Shown here one piece after another: positions 13,001 through 28,119 of a stretch of DNA of 64,000 nucleotides. The first letter of the stretch is position 1. Every line of letters begins with the position of its first letter. The notes beneath the pieces are model-generated. The model was given only the letters and a program-made list of their open reading frames with translations, had not been told where the DNA came from and did not search any database. The stretch is taken from assembly GCA_002633005.1 (NCBI GenBank), contig NMRA01000853.1, forward strand, positions 47,933 through 111,932, read 5' to 3'. The position numbers and the translations under genes are program-made. This DNA comes from Phoronis australis. Its lineage: Eukaryota > Animalia > Phoronida.

Positions 13001-14357
13001 TAGCATCAAGGTTGGTGACCGCATCAGAGCAGGGCCCCTGACAGGGAGCTAGTCAATTCAGGTAGACATGAGCGTAGACCGGAAGCAGAAGTTCCTTTCA
13101 AGTGTAGGTTAATTCTTCATAACTTTTCTTTTCACAGTAACAACTCTTACACTATGGCATTGGGAAGCTAGTAATTTTAACACGACAAATGAAGAAGTCA
13201 CGCGTACATGTACTACGTAGCCTCCGATAACAACACAATAGCAAGATACCGAAGGCGGATGCGACCTCATCGAGAATTCGAACGGGCAGCTATTTGAGGT
13301 CGTTTTTATTCGGGCGTCTCATTGCTTTCTTGAATCGGATGCAAAACAAGCACGCGCCAATGTACTAGAGATTATGAATACTATACTGCGTGATGTCACA
13401 TGACTTCTTAAAGTGACATTCTCGGCAAGAAAATTTAGTTTACAGGAATTAGTAGAAGCGCGGAACAACCGTAATTCTGCGCTGAACCAAGTCCACGTAT
13501 TAAACAGGAGATCCATTTAATGGCATTTAAATGGTAAAGCCATGGGGATTGATTTCAGAGAGTATGGCAGAAATTAGCGGCTGATAATAAAAGAATGACC
13601 TCTTTAATGCAGAAATAAAATGGAACCTCTACTACATTTTGAATTAGACCACTTGTCTCAGCTTGCTAAAAAGTGATTTTGGCCTTGCATTGCAGTTTCC
13701 CTCACTAGATAAGTTTAAGGTCAAGGGACTATTTATTTCTCCCAAGAAAGTGAGCAATACTGTGCATCCCTGCACAGAGCAAAATATACCAAACACGGCC
13801 ACTTTGGCTGGGAAGAGCACATATTCAAAAACTAGATCACTCAAATTACAAGTAGATTGTAAATGTTGTGCAGCTTTCTACTGCATTTTACAAGAGAATA
13901 CCTTTTAATACTGGACACTAATGCAGCCACATTTCCATGAACAGGAAGTTCTACTGCTATAGCGCCACAAGGTGTCACTTGCCTCTAAAATTACCCTCTG
14001 TACTAAGAGTCTGATGACAACTCAGATAAACCAATCAATCGATTCTAAGGCCCCCCATGTGGATGCCCGGGACCGTCGCCCAGTCGCCCCCTCGTTCTGC
14101 ACACTACCGATTTTGGCCTTAAGAAATTTCATGAACTTAGCGGGACTGAAGGCATTTTGGTCAAAGGTTGCCCAATTTTGGTTAAGTTAAGCCAGAAAAT
14201 TTGTTGAAACGGGCCCCTGGCTAACCCAGGCGCCCGGGTTGAATTTGTGTACCTAAAAGGTAACAGTTCAAGAAACTTGACGTTTTTATACATTTGTGGT
14301 CCGAAGACGGTATCAGATACTAAAGACCGTGATCAATTAGTTTATTTATTTCAACAG

Positions 14358-15730
14358 TTAAGCTGCTAAAAAGATATGTGGAATGTCGCGCAACAGATAG
14401 GACTCCATTTCAAAATCAATTTTAAATGAGGAATATGTATTAAGTTTTGAGCTATTCTCCACAGCAAAGTTCCAGTCTTGTAAAGAACAATCTTTAATTC
14501 GCTGTTCAAAAATGCCAAGAAAAGATTCTTCGCAGCCAACTCCTTGATTGTGACATATCAATCCAAAACCATACTTTTGCAGCAAATTCCTAACAGATGA
14601 AGCCCAATTTTTCCTACCAGCCTCATCCAATGTGACAAGCTTGTCATATACTGATTTTGGATTTCGATGTGATGGCATTTTAACAAACTAAACCAATACT
14701 TGATCACTTTAACAAACAGCTTTAATAAATTGGATACCATCCCAGTTCTCCCAGGACAGCATAATTTGGACAATTACTTCCAAAACCCAGCAGTTGCTTA
14801 CAGAATTTTAACTGGACGCTCTCGATACTAGAATATTCTTTAGATCACCACATCTCACTGCCATAGCTAATGATTGGGTTATACCATTTTATCAAAAAAC
14901 TCTAGTGCAATTTTCAGTGAAAGTCGTCCACATTTTTTACTTAAAGAGTTTAATTAAAAAATGCTTTCTGTGCCTGGTGAGACAAAGTTTCCATGGCTTG
15001 AGTCCAGACTAACTTAGGAGTAAGTCAAATACCCAGGTACTTATAAGATGAGACGACAGAAATTTTGTCTTTTCCATTTTTCGTATTTTCTCAATCGTCC
15101 GCCTTTTGTAAATACCATTATTTTTGTTTTTTTAAGCTTAACTTTCATACCCCAATCCTGTCAGTATTCATGCAGAACCTTAATGTGTTGCTGTAGTTTA
15201 AATGCACAACCAATCATGTCATCAGCGTATAGCTACATACAAATTTGAGGTACATTCTCATTTACGTAAATTCCGCTATTTAAAGATTCTTTTAAGTAAT
15301 CAACGAACACGTCCAAATTCATACTGAACAGTAAAGTACCAAATGACTACTGAAAAAGTCAGTTAACCCACGCTAAGTTCATACACACGCTCTTAGCTTT
15401 GAATACATACTTTTCATCAAATCTAAAACATTACCATGAATTCCCATTTTTGTAGCCTATTCCACAAAAATCATGTGAATTGTTGTCGAAGGCCTTAGAA
15501 AAATCCACGTATACGTATATAGTATAAAATCTGTCCCTGCGCTTAGTCAAGTACTTATGAACAATTCCTTGTAACGTAAAATTTTGATCTATTGTACTAT
15601 ACCCTTTTCTAAAACCAGCCTGAGTTTAGTTAAATAAGTCGTTATGGTTGGCTCAACTTGTTAGACGAGCGTTCATAAGTTTCGTAAAATTTTTCCCGAT
15701 AACAGGCCGAAGTGAAATACCGCGAAAAAG
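14358..15730 (-). mobile_element. Decayed non-LTR retrotransposon RT/3' fragment (RTE-X-like)
   Basis: Remnants QAGFRKGYST.DQ.F.L, DFSKAFD, YADDM, AVLGELG, NWASSVRNLL; same type as 18480-22560. Confidence 0.75.
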
Positions 15731-15989
15731 TACGTGATGTTTCCTATAGCACGATTTTACTAGCTGCCAAAACGTTTCTATGATTGTTAACATTTTCAAT
15801 TAATTTCTTTTCTCAGGAAATCTTTAAATAGCTTTCTCTTGACTTAAAATCGCTTTGAATTTTTGTCGCAATTCTTTGTACTAAACACAATTTACCTGAT
15901 TATGATAGTTTCGGAAACCAGAAAACGCACAATTTCTCTCTCTTTTCAATGCCTCTAGCTCTTCATCCCACAACGATGAAAATTTCAAT

Positions 15990-17097
15990 GTGTTTCCAGG
16001 GTATGTTTTTAATACATATGGAGGTATTTTGATCTTTAAATCAAATTATGATTGTAAATTGCTGTCTCTTGCAAATATTGATACCTTCTATCTTGACATC
16101 TTGATTGCTTGGGAAGAAATTAGTGCTCATTTACAAAAGGACATAACAATTGTAAACCAAGTAGTGTGGAATAACAAAAAGATATTGATTAATAGGATTA
16201 CTGTATTCTTTAATAGTTTTTTTGAGGTTGGTATTACTTTTGTGAAGGATCGTTTGAATTTTGAAAATAAATTTCTGGAATGGGAGGTTTTGAAAACTAG
16301 ATATAAGCTTTCAAATTGGATTCAATATGTTGCTTTGAGACGTGCGATTAAGTTGAAAGCTGATCCTTCGATTTCAAAAAGCATACATCCCCAGTCAAGC
16401 CAAATTACTGATGTGTTTTCTAGAAATATGTTGCTTTCCAAAATTGTTTGCCTCCTGATATAGAGTACAGCTTAACTGACATTTACTCTAGACAACGAAT
16501 TAAACAAATTTATGTTCTTCCACACAAACTCTTGTTACCTCCTTATGTTAAAACCTCTAAGTACTTCTATATTCCTAGAAAAGTGTTTACAAAACTTATC
16601 TTGAAAAAGATGAACTTAGTCAGTGATGACAAGTGTGCATCTTGTGGAACTGTTAAGACTTTTAACCATATGTTTGTGGAATGTGGTTCTGTGAAAACTT
16701 TGTGGTGTGAAATCCAGAAACTTTAAATTTACGTACCGCAGAACACGATTTCATCATAGATAGAAATGTTATTCTGACAGCATATTGGATGTAATTTTGA
16801 AGATATCAGTACCATATTAACTATTTGCCAATATTTCATTCATAAATGTTCTAGGAGCCAGATTATTCCTAGATATTCACAATTTCAATGTTTCTTGTAT
16901 AATTATTGTAAAGTAAGGAATATACAACCCCGCAAAACTGCCTTTTGGGAAACCATCAATGCCTATTTATTTTAGACCAACCGTGAATTTCTATAATTTA
17001 GATATGTGTGTGCGTGTGTGTGCCTGTGTTTCATTCCCAAAGATCTTATTGTTTGTTTATATTAGTGTATTTAGAAATAAAATGTATTAAAAAAAGT
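15990..17097 (+). mobile_element. 3' end of L1/Tx1-like LINE (ORF2 C-terminus with CCHC zinc finger, polyA tail)
   Basis: FY.DIL.AW, VVWNNKKI, CASCG..KTFNHMFVEC..VKTLW; ends AATAAA..AAAAAAA. Confidence 0.75.
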
Positions 17098-18479
17098 TTT
17101 GAAAGAAGTGCATCTTCAGTCAACTTCTCCCCTTCACAAGGTTAACAAATAAGAGAAAACTGGTTTCACTTTAGTATTTTGTCCATTAAGTTATAGAAAC
17201 CTGCGAACTGAATTTCATGTCAGAAAGCCTCCGAGTCAGTAAAGCTATCACTATTTCCTGATTTTACGTCGTTTTCATGATACAGGAAATTTCTAAACAG
17301 TGGTCTGGGCAACAATGATTTCCCAGTTTTGTTACCCAACATGCGCCCTGCACGCAGTCTCGGAAAATATTAAGTTACTGTTTGTTTCCAAAAAAGCACT
17401 CATTGACTCTACTTTTTCGTTCTTTTCCGAAAATGCTCCCATGGGCGCTTCGTACAGGACTCCCGGTAACTGCCACTGTCACGAGCCCTGTCTACTTCTT
17501 AAGTATCCACTTCTTACAAAAAGCTGTAGAAGGGGTGCAAGTATGTGACAGTTATTTAATCGCGTATCCTTTAGTCATTCATAACGCGGAGCAAGGTCAT
17601 TGTCAGCCAAATGCATGGATTACAAAAAATTTTTGAACCGGGTGTTCTACAGTGATATAACATTTGTGTTGAGTTGACTGCAAATCCGAATTTTAATGGA
17701 GAGATCTAGCCTTATCTTCGAGAGCAATTCCTGATTTACAGCACCTAGATTCAACTATATAGCTGACTGGCTATTTGGGAACGCGCTCGCACCCACTAGA
17801 TTTATTATTCTACAACGGAAAACGCTGGACTTAAGACAGATTGCGGTCCCGGTTGTAACGAGCCATGACCATCGGCAACACCATTGCTTTGCAGTGAATA
17901 TAGCGACAATTTTCCTACGTTTACTGTTTGAATATTTCTTATCATCTCAGAGAGTAGAATCGCCAAAACACGATCAGTAATTATATTTTAACTATGTATA
18001 CAATTAAATATTAGAACGTTGTTTTGATCTGCTAATTCGGGGCATGAACACGGCTTTGTATTAGGCATTGGAGAGTGAACAATCCCCCGTGATGTACAAG
18101 CTTTGTTTCAGGGAGAACTTAATACTCATGAGTTTTGTAATTTAGTGTCCGTTTTTCCTCAATAAGCAACGTTAACGAAACAAACTACGAGAGTGACGTA
18201 CAAATAAACCTAAAAAGTCGTGTAGTAAAATGGTCTATCATGTCATGAGGTTGCACCTGGGTGAATGAAATCAAATATCGAATTACATACGTTCATACAG
18301 TTTTGCAACATTAGAAGAGAAGAATACATGTATTTGTTTCCATGTTCAGTCACTGATGTCAAGTACTCAGCAATTTGACATTGAAATGCGATTTAGATTT
18401 TACATCTGCCTCCTGTCTCCCCATACTGGAAAGAAATTGAAAACAACACACCTATATTTTAATATAACCACAGACTGAA

Positions 18480-21400
18480 GTATGATATATTAGTTTTAGT
18501 GATACATATTTATTGAAAAATACACAGAACATACAAGAAAATTAATGACATTCCCAGAAATCACGAGGCAATATCAGTGATTTTATTGAAATGGTGGTAT
18601 TCGTCCTCTACACATCCCGAATTACATAACTCATACATCCTATTTTCATAGGGAATATTTGTGTGGTGACCTCTTCCACTATTAACGAATGATTTGAAAA
18701 TCGAAATTGAGTTCGAGACTGGATAAAAAAACACGTGGGATACTAACTATCTCAAGGTAATTTTCAAGACAATACACAGTAAGGTAGTTTTTGTGTTATG
18801 ATCGATATCAGATTGCCAGCCTTGCAAATAACAGTCGTTGACAAGTTGAGAAAAAAATGTCAAGAAATACGCTTGAAAACCATAAACAAACGGAAGTTTT
18901 CTTACAAAACTTGCCGACCAGGTCTGACTGAAAAAGCATATGATATGCAGCCTTTACCCCACGATTACCAGGCATCTCCAGGATTTTGAACCAGTATTTT
19001 ATACAGGATACAAATTATTTAGTAAACAATGGGAATCGACCACAATCTCTCATAAATACCGAGTTTGAACAACAACTGCGTACTTCTAAAATACATTTAC
19101 AAAACTTGATGTGTTCGTTTTCAAATTGTTCATATTCCTTAAAGCCGCGTATCTCAGACCCGTAACACAGAGGAGGTAAACCATTTTATCGAACAGGTGA
19201 AAGACTATTGACGTAGGTAGATGACGACATTTTCGCTTTAATTTAAAAAATTGCAAAAGCAGCATTATTTGCTTGACTAGATAAGGCTTTGATGGCTTTG
19301 GTCCACGAAACTTTTCGATTAATAAGTACAGTGTAGTCCAAGGTATTTTTAATGAGACACCACATCGACCAAAGTTCCATCGTAAAACCATTTCTAAACC
19401 ATCATCTAAGGGGACCGCCATTTCTGAAAACGACATCTTTAGTTTTCTTCAAGTTTACTTGCATGCAGTTGCTCCAGAAATTCATTTAGATACAACACAA
19501 ATGATAATGGGATGATCATGCAACCCTGGCGAGTGCCAACAGTACAATCAAAGAAATCTGTAAGACCATCTTGAGTTTTCACACAAGTGCTCAGTCCACT
19601 ATACATAGAGCGGATTATTTTTGAAAATTTTATCATGCACATCAATGTTTTTCAATCTGTGGAAGAGTAAGTTATGGGGGATTCGATCGAATGCCTTCGA
19701 GAAATGTACAAAAGCACAGTAAAATCTACCCCTATGCCGACTCAGATACGTGCGACACGTAGCTTGAAGTGTAAACATTTGGTCAATCATAGAGTAGCCT
19801 TTTCTAAAGCCAGCTTGAGACTCATATAGTTTATCATTATTTTCAGCCCAGTAATAAAGACGACTATTTATAAGTTTGGTAAAAAGTTTTCCCAAAGCAG
19901 ACAACAGGGAAATACGTCTATAGTTATTTTCGTCATTGATATTGCCTTGTTTATGTACTCGGGTAAGCACGACGTCACATCAGGTCTCGGGATAACACCC
20001 AGAATCAAAAATTGCATTAAATAACTTATTCAAAACTGGTACTATCGTTACCTCAGTGCACTTCAGCATTTCAAAAATCACCCCATCATAACCCACAGTC
20101 TTGCCATTGGGCAATTGTTCAATGACCTCATATATTTCAAAAGGCAAAAAATCAGTATTAAGATTAAATGAGTAATTGTTAGTACACTTTTCACAGGAAC
20201 TATCATGTTCAATCATTTCATGCGAGGCAAATTCACCCAGACTCGTCAATAGAGCAGTTTTGGTTCAATAAATCCTTGGAATAGTCGTGCCATTTCTGAA
20301 AACTAACTGTAGAAGACATACGGGATGTCCGAATATTGGATTTAATTATTTGCCAGAGCTCATTAGGGTTATTTTTGGACCGTTTAATGGCTTCATATAC
20401 TTTCTCTTTCTATTTAAACAGATCACGGAATGCCTTCTTTTTTACTTTATACGCGTTTAGGTAAGAGTTTTCACCAAACAGTTTTAAAGACCATTTTTTG
20501 CTCGTTTGGCCGAAGCCAGTCATCATCCCACCCGGGTGGCTACTTTGTCGCTGAGTTCCGATTAACTTTAGTCTGACTATTAGTAGACGTACAAGTTTTC
20601 ATGGTTGATACGTCTGACTGCCACAGCAAATCTGTTATGGATATGACCACATTTTCTAGATTGCCATTAGTCACCGAGCTAGCCACGGCCACCACACAAT
20701 TCTCAGCACCAGCTGAAAAAAATCCGAGAGAATGCCTGTGTATTAGAGCTCTCTGAATCTGGCTATGCGGGTGTAACAATGGAACCTTAGGACTGATCTC
20801 TGACCTACAACACCTAAACTTACAAATAACTTGTAGATGATCAGAGTCATCATATTCATCCACAACAATAGTTATATAGATAAATAATACATAATCCACA
20901 AGACTACGCCCGCCTCCCGACAGACAGTTAAACTCACCCCTATACCGGAAAACGACCGTTGACAATATGAATACAAAGTTCGTGACATAACTCAATGAGA
21001 GTTTTACCGAAATTGTTTACAACTTCGTCCTTAGAATTCCTAGGCAAACTAAATGTATCTGCTTCATACCAGTCCAGCCATAGCAAATATTTTGGACTAT
21101 CATCTAAAATGAAGTTTATCAGATTCCCTGTTCTAGCATTTAAATCGTCCATAATTGCCAACAGTCACTGAAACGATCAGTCAAGATTGTAAACTCTCTC
21201 GCTGTTCTCTGGTGAACCTGTCCCATTAAAATATGAACTTGAGCCCTCAGGGGGTAAATAAGCAAAAAAAACATGAAAACATCCTGAACAACACGAAATA
21301 GGTCCTTCTCGCATTTCAAACAGATACCAAAGGGAGACTGTGAATGTTTGCGCTTGAAATATTTAGAAATTAATTGTTTAATGAAAATACTAACACGCCT

Positions 21401-22560
21401 CCAAAGTATCTACCTTTTCTTTTTTTTCTTTTTATAACACAGATTAAACGAGTCATAGCCAGACATCTCAAATTTATCTGAGCGTTTTACCCATGTTTCA
21501 CAGATACAAATTATATGGTAAATAGATAAGTATATTTGAACTTAGTCCCTAACAATTTTATTTTCTAATCCTTGCGCATTCCAAGAAACCATTGAAAGTG
21601 TAGGGCCGTGGCCTGACCACTAGTAACCTGCTGCGCCATTCACTTCACGTTCGTAAACATCAAGTTTCCGTTGGTTGTCCAGAAACCTTTGGCTTGCGCT
21701 CCATCACCTCATCTGCTTTGACATTGTACACGTAAACACGACCTTGGTATATTAATTTGTTGTACCAGTTCTTACCACGTGAGAATTCATACAGACGCCG
21801 CCTCGCCTTCTTCACAGGTGCGGAGAAGTGCTGAGTGACACAGACATCAGTATCATAGTTGTTCTTCTTATTCTGTAGAACCTTGTCTTAATCTTTAGAC
21901 CTCATTTCTACGATGATCGGGCGGTGTTTGTGTGCAGTTTTTCGGCTAATTCTGTGGGCTCGTTCGATTATGACACCATCAACATCCAGGCAGTCCTTCA
22001 AAAAGTCGGTGACTTTGGACTCAGACTGTTCCCACGATTCGTGATTCTCCTCTGGTATGCCATGAAAGATCAAGTTGTCGCGTCTTGATCGATTCTCCAA
22101 GTCGTCTAATTTAGACTCAAAGTTTTTCACCTTTTCATGTAGACGACGATTTTACTTTCGTTTTACGCAGTAGTCTTTTGTCGCAGAGCATTTAGTTTTT
22201 TACATACATCGGATTTCAGGTTCTCAAATTTACCATTCAAAAGTTATATATATGTCAGTGGTAGACGGGCCCACTTGAGATAGATAAGACGAGTTCCCCC
22301 AGGTTTGCGGCCTACTAGTTGGAGTGTTCTTGGGAGGCATGGTGAGAGATCAGTTACGAAACAATCGATGTAGGTCGAGAACATTAAAATGTCCGACGAC
22401 TGTTTCAGTAATGTCAGGGCGACAAGCGAAAGTATGCAGTAACAGAATGTAGACACACGCAGACAGCACCATCCCAAAACAAAGTCTTTCTGGCTTGATA
22501 GCAATTAAAGTGCAGAAACCAGATTACTTGTGCATACACATGTAAAACACACAACTAGGG
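18480..22560 (-). mobile_element. Near full-length decayed non-LTR retrotransposon (ORF1 + EN + RT; RTE-X-like)
   Basis: ORF1 LENRSRRDNLIFHGIPE...IERAHRI (21888-22130); EN WNAQGL, DLNARTG, SLVDY; RT NYRRISLLSALGKLF, QAGFRKGYS..DQ.F.L, FSKAFD, GTRQGC; minus-strand AATAAA near 18511; frameshifted throughout. Confidence 0.85.
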
Positions 22561-22939
22561 AGAGACAAACTTCAAGCGTGGAAATACTACGACAACGCCA
22601 CCTAATATATCTGGGTTGTAAACATTACACAGATAAAAGTAGTGTATATAGAACTTTATACATGTAAGAAATACACTGTATCTAATACAAGTATTCAACT
22701 ACTTAGATATGCTGTTACTAACATATTAAAATAAAACATGTGGAGATGTGGAAATCAGATGATTTATAAGCGATGCATAAAAATTGCAAACACTACTTAA
22801 AAGGAAATCATTGAGAAAGAGGTCGAAAGTTTACACTACCATTTAATAATAATGTAAATTTAGTGGATATATCATTACAGGAATTGAATGCAATTACAAT
22901 TAATTGGTTTTAATTGAGTGCTCCAAATAATGATACACA

Positions 22940-25900
22940 AGGTATAACAAAATATTCTGAAAAACAAAAGCCAGAAAATAGTCTGCATGGGTACTGATGT
23001 TCACTTTTCAGTATTTCAGGAATCTCAAGGTTGCGTTTTGTGGCAAAACAAAAACGGTATCCAGTGGCGGATTTAGGGGGGGGGGGCAAAGGGGCCATGC
23101 CTCCCAAATTATCCCAAATTCCATTTGGCAGTTCGGTGGTAAAATGACGGGCAAAATCCCCGGCTGGCTAATACTCTGCCTGCCCCACTCAAAATCTTGG
23201 ATCTGTCCCTGGTATCTGTGATTTTACTTGCTGCAGTTTACTTAATTGTCAGTTGTCACTGTACTTCGAGTGTTGAGTACTGGGCGATATTAAATTTCAG
23301 TTTGTAAATCCTAATTACTGACAAATATTGCGTTTCAGCAGAACCACTGACATCTACGAAATACTTATTTATATTTTGGCTGTGCCAATCCTAATAACAA
23401 GATGGAATTCAACCAATTACCATCCACGAGTCATGCCATATATTAGAGAGTTTCGGCTACATTTCAGAGTCCTTATCTTAAAGTTTTATCTACATCAAAA
23501 CTTGAAAATATATACCGAAATTAGAAATATGTAAGTATCATGGTACAATGTTTACCTAATTTCTGTTATCAAACTAAAAGCCTTTTTGAGCAAAAACTTG
23601 TACTTTGGCGGAGATCAGAAGGTCATCGACTATCCCAGTGTATTTTCGTGACTCAAGTTCCTTGTGCATCAGTTTGGGACGATTCCTGAATGACTGGCAT
23701 TTTGTCCTTGAAAACGTATTGATATCCCCGTAAACCTGCTATCGTTTTTATTTTGTTTGATTGTTTTGGTTCTCGTTTTGTTTCTTTTTACACAAATTTG
23801 ATTATCGATTTCCCAAATTTTATCCGCAAAAGTATTTAAATGCAATCATAAGTGGGAATTGTGCGCACGTCGCATTTCCTGGAGCCATTACTACTGAGGT
23901 GCCCCGACTCATCGCAAGGGTACGTCAAATTTCAGCAACTGTACCCGTTTAGGTGATAAATTAGATGAAAAAACTTTTCTAGATTGGGAGATGTCCTTGT
24001 TTTATCGCCATATCATGAAACCGATGCAAAGTACCAGCAACTGTCGTGTGTCTGACACCTCATTTCGTAATTTGGCAGCAAATCGGCACCTGCTTTACTG
24101 GAAAGAAAAAACATCAACACTACGATGTTTAAACAAACAAAAACATTTGTATTCTTTCAAAACAGTGCACTCCTCACCTGACTTGCAATAACGCTCTCCT
24201 ACGCTTATTTGTTCTGCCTCATTAGACAAAAGATATATTGAAACGTGACAAGAATTTATAATCGATACCTCCAATAAAAATCACGCGACTGAAAAAGTAA
24301 ACAGGTGGAGCGGAGTGAACCGTAGTCTATGAGTTGAATGTCTGCGACCGGAAGATATTGTAGTGTTAGGAGCATGTTGCAGCAAATTTTTTTAGTCACT
24401 TGGTCACATGAACTGCTGTTATTCTAGGCCCGTGGAGTTAATTAATATATTCATCCTGTGCCGCGAAGCAGTGATGTTTGCGACGAGGCGGCAGGGCACC
24501 GGAACTAAACTTACAATGTATACGAATGCTTCAGGCTGAATTAAAATTCTTTCTTTCATTTTCAACTCATTAATGCTTTTATTATGCTATTTGGCAACAT
24601 TTTAAGCTTTCTTTCTTTCGCCACCAGTTGCCAGTTGGTATTCTATAAGAAATAGTCCGTCAGCCGTCCAACAAAGTCGCCGGAGGCCATCGGTATGTTA
24701 GTTTTCCATGTTTGAATTTGTTTTCAATATTTTCGCAAGTTCAATTGTCAGAATATTCTTGTTTTATATCAATTTTATTTATTTACTCAGATATTGCATA
24801 TTCGTTTTTATGTTCATACTGTTTACTAGAGTTTATTACTCCCTATAAAACACGCTTAGCCTTGTCGAATAGACGTCCTTTTTATTCAATTTCACTTCCT
24901 ACTTAGCGGCAAATCCAAAATGGTGGAGTATCATTCGGCTCTAGTTCGTGAAGAGTGAGCATTTTTGCGATTTTTTGCTTATGTGTTTCGTTATGATTAA
25001 CTTGTAGGTACTGATGGCATGTTCTAACAATCTAATAAATTTTAAAAGCGTGTAGTACTAGGTCTACGCGAACGCGAACGTGTGAGGGGAGGCATTCTTT
25101 GCTTAAAGTCCTTCTCTCAAACTGCCCATGTGGTTCCAGTATCCGAAAATACTTACTACATAAAATCTTCTTTTCGACACCCTTTCTTTATATTCTTTCG
25201 CCTTTTTTCGCGATTTTTTAACAGTATTTGACCCTTCTCTGTGAGCGTATAATTACCGTCTGTCATCGGTTATTTCCGTACCCACATTTCCGGCTCATCA
25301 GTTCAGGAACTTGTCCTGAACGCCGCCATTTTTCCTTGTAACTGAATGTGCTATGGCTTGCTCGAAAAGTCTTCATTATTTTGTTTTATTAGTAATATCT
25401 CGTGATTCGTTTGTATATGTAGTATATTTATAGTTTGTGGTTAGTGGTGGTTGATTTTTTTGGAATGTTACGCGTACTTAGTATGTTAAAATAGCATTGG
25501 TGTTTAGTTCCTTACGTAGGCCGGTCGAACCTAGGAACCAATATGGGTCGAACCAATTTTTTTCGGTTTTATTTTTTTTTCTCGTTTTGAAAAAGTACTT
25601 TGATATCATCGGAAAGATAGTGCATTCTACTCAGTAAAAATCGAAAAAAGTATCAAAATCCGGGCAAGCAGTGTAAAGTTAGTGCAAGTTTTGTGGCGAA
25701 ATTTCGGTCACTTTGTTTGGATCGCGTCGGCCATATTAGAGGACAGCGGGATAAGTTACGAGTTTAAAATTTTGTGTAAATTGTTTTCGCCAACAAATTA
25801 CGGTGAAATTTAGTTAGTCATATCTTTACTTACTATTCTGCACGATTTAACAGTGTTCACCAAATATCCGCCTCGTAGTTGTTACTCATTAAGTGATAAA

Positions 25901-27447
25901 TGTGCTCACAATTCCCGTTGGACTTCGTCTCATTTCTGGCGGCACCGACAACATGGCGACTTTTGCTGAACTGAAAGGCATGTTCAATCGGCTACTTTGT
26001 AATTTGTGAAGATTTATCGTTGATACATTTTGACAAACGTTGCTAAAAAGGAAACGTTGTTCAATTTTCGTGTTTTTTGTGCACAAATATAAGATATATT
26101 CGAATTATTTTACTGTAAATTTCCCAATCAGGTGATCTTACACTAAGCTAAAAAAAATAGTTGAAATAATTTTGAAATGGTTTTTTGTTTGACTGTCAAC
26201 TGCTGTTCAAGACTTGATTCGGTGTCACAAAATGATTCACATTTTTCAAAATTTTAAGTCTCAATTGCTTTCAAGTCATGTTTTGTAACTTATTACTTCT
26301 TAATTAAGGTTATCAAGTCAACAATATGAATAATCTTAATTTGAGAAATAAGCTATGTTGGATTGTGAAGCTTCAAGCCTCTAATTCTTGCTCCTTGCAA
26401 CTTCATATTTTTTTAAATGATGCTTGTCAAATTCTGGTGTAAGGAAACACTATTCCGTCACCATGGTAATAGTTACATGTATGTCCACTTTCATATCATG
26501 GAAACTGTTGCTGTTGAATAGTGTTTGTAATGCTAAATGTTGTAAAGTATTGTGCATTTTAAGTTACTTATTATGTTAAAAGTTTGAATCATTTTGGCTT
26601 AATGAATAAAAAATGATAACATGTTGTATTGGACTTGTCATACTTATGTGCTCGAACGAGCCCCCTTTTTGGAGAGCTGGAAAAGGTCTGCCTCAGTCAC
26701 AGAAGCACGAATTCCGAAAAAAGTAGAAAATGAGACAATATTCCACTAGAAGACAGGAAGTACCAAAATTTAGCGTCTGCAATTCATAGCTCTGAACATA
26801 CCCACTGAATCTTATAGTAAAAGATAGACATTCCCAAAAATTCCAGCCCCCCCCCATTCTTTTAGGCTTGGTGCGCTCATACAAGTCTGGGAAAATGTCT
26901 ATTGAAAGCCAACAACTTTGCACAGTTCGCCAGAAGTACCCAAGTTCTAAATAAACCTCGTTTGAGCGAGCGCTGTGGCCAGCGACCAGTTAGGCCTAAG
27001 GGTAGCCTTGGCGCAAAGCTGTATAGGCCTACTAACAAGCTATATTTTGACGATAGTCTTCACTGGTAGCTGGTGACTGAGGCTAACTAAGGTCTGCCGC
27101 GGCAGTGTGACACAGGACTAACCAGCCCGTAATTTCATGCAAGTGTCTGAAACTACCCTTGAATATATGCAGTATTTATGATTTGACTATTTTACGTCGA
27201 CAAAACAGCTTGCAACCGCATGCATTTACCGTTCGCCAGTGTCTGGTCTCGATCCGCACCGGGTCCGATAGGCTGCGGTCCCGAGTCTGGCAAAATAATT
27301 TTTGTCAAAATTTTTTCACCACATTTCTTCAGCAAATTCGATAAAATTGTCCGTAGTTTGATTTTATTAAAATTAAGGCCCGCTGTCGATTATTTTATCC
27401 CCGTTTGCTGGCTGGTAACAGTACAGGCACTGCTCCAGTCGCACTGA
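22940..27447 (+). repeat. Intergenic block collinear with 58815-63692 (segmental duplication, copy A)
   Basis: Ordered diverged matches, e.g. 23010~58884, 23447~59157, 23892~62296, 24847~63287, 27236~63491, 27430~63678. Confidence 0.7.
23062..23211. mobile_element. 150-bp hAT-type MITE with 5-bp TSD GTATC
   Basis: Ends CAGTGGCGGAT...ATCTGTCCCTG; GTATC on both sides; absent from the paralogous site near 58925. Confidence 0.7.
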
Positions 27448-28119
27448 AAGCGTTTTCTCGGCCTGGGTTCCTGGATGAGTTGTACTTCCGGGTTCGCGGC
27501 AAGTTCAAAATGGCGGTGGTTCTTCGGGTGCGAATCGTGAGTAGCGCGTTCATTTAAACTTTTTTCGAGTACGGATTGTGTATTAGTTATGGGGTAAGTA
27601 CTTCTTGGATCCTTATAACATCCTCTAACCATGTAATAAGGGTTAACAACGCGTGAGAGAAGGACTTTAAGGTCAAAATGTTGACCTACATTTTAGCTTT
27701 CATCCCCGTCACATGGACGGAAACAACACGAATACCCCTGATCTCACGTAAGTGAAAAACGTCAATTTTAATTACCGATTTATCGTAAAGGATCGTTAGA
27801 TGTATGCAACGTAATAATATTTTAGAAAGTTTAGCTACTCAGTACCTTAATGCATGTGTCTAACTCGGTTGGTTGTTTAAAACGTTGTCTTTGTTCTCAG
27901 AAGCCCTCTTTAAGTTGTCGATTTTCCAAAAAATATCGCCCTAATCAGGTGGTAGTAAGTGACACCGAAATAGTATACTCGCGCCAGAGCATCTCAATTT
28001 TGGTTCTATTTAATGAAAACATATGAGAGAAATGCTTTGCTTACAAGTATTCAATGTGAACAGTAATAGCTGAGAGTATGTGAATTAAACAAAAACCTTT
28101 TTTCAGTGCATTTCGCCCC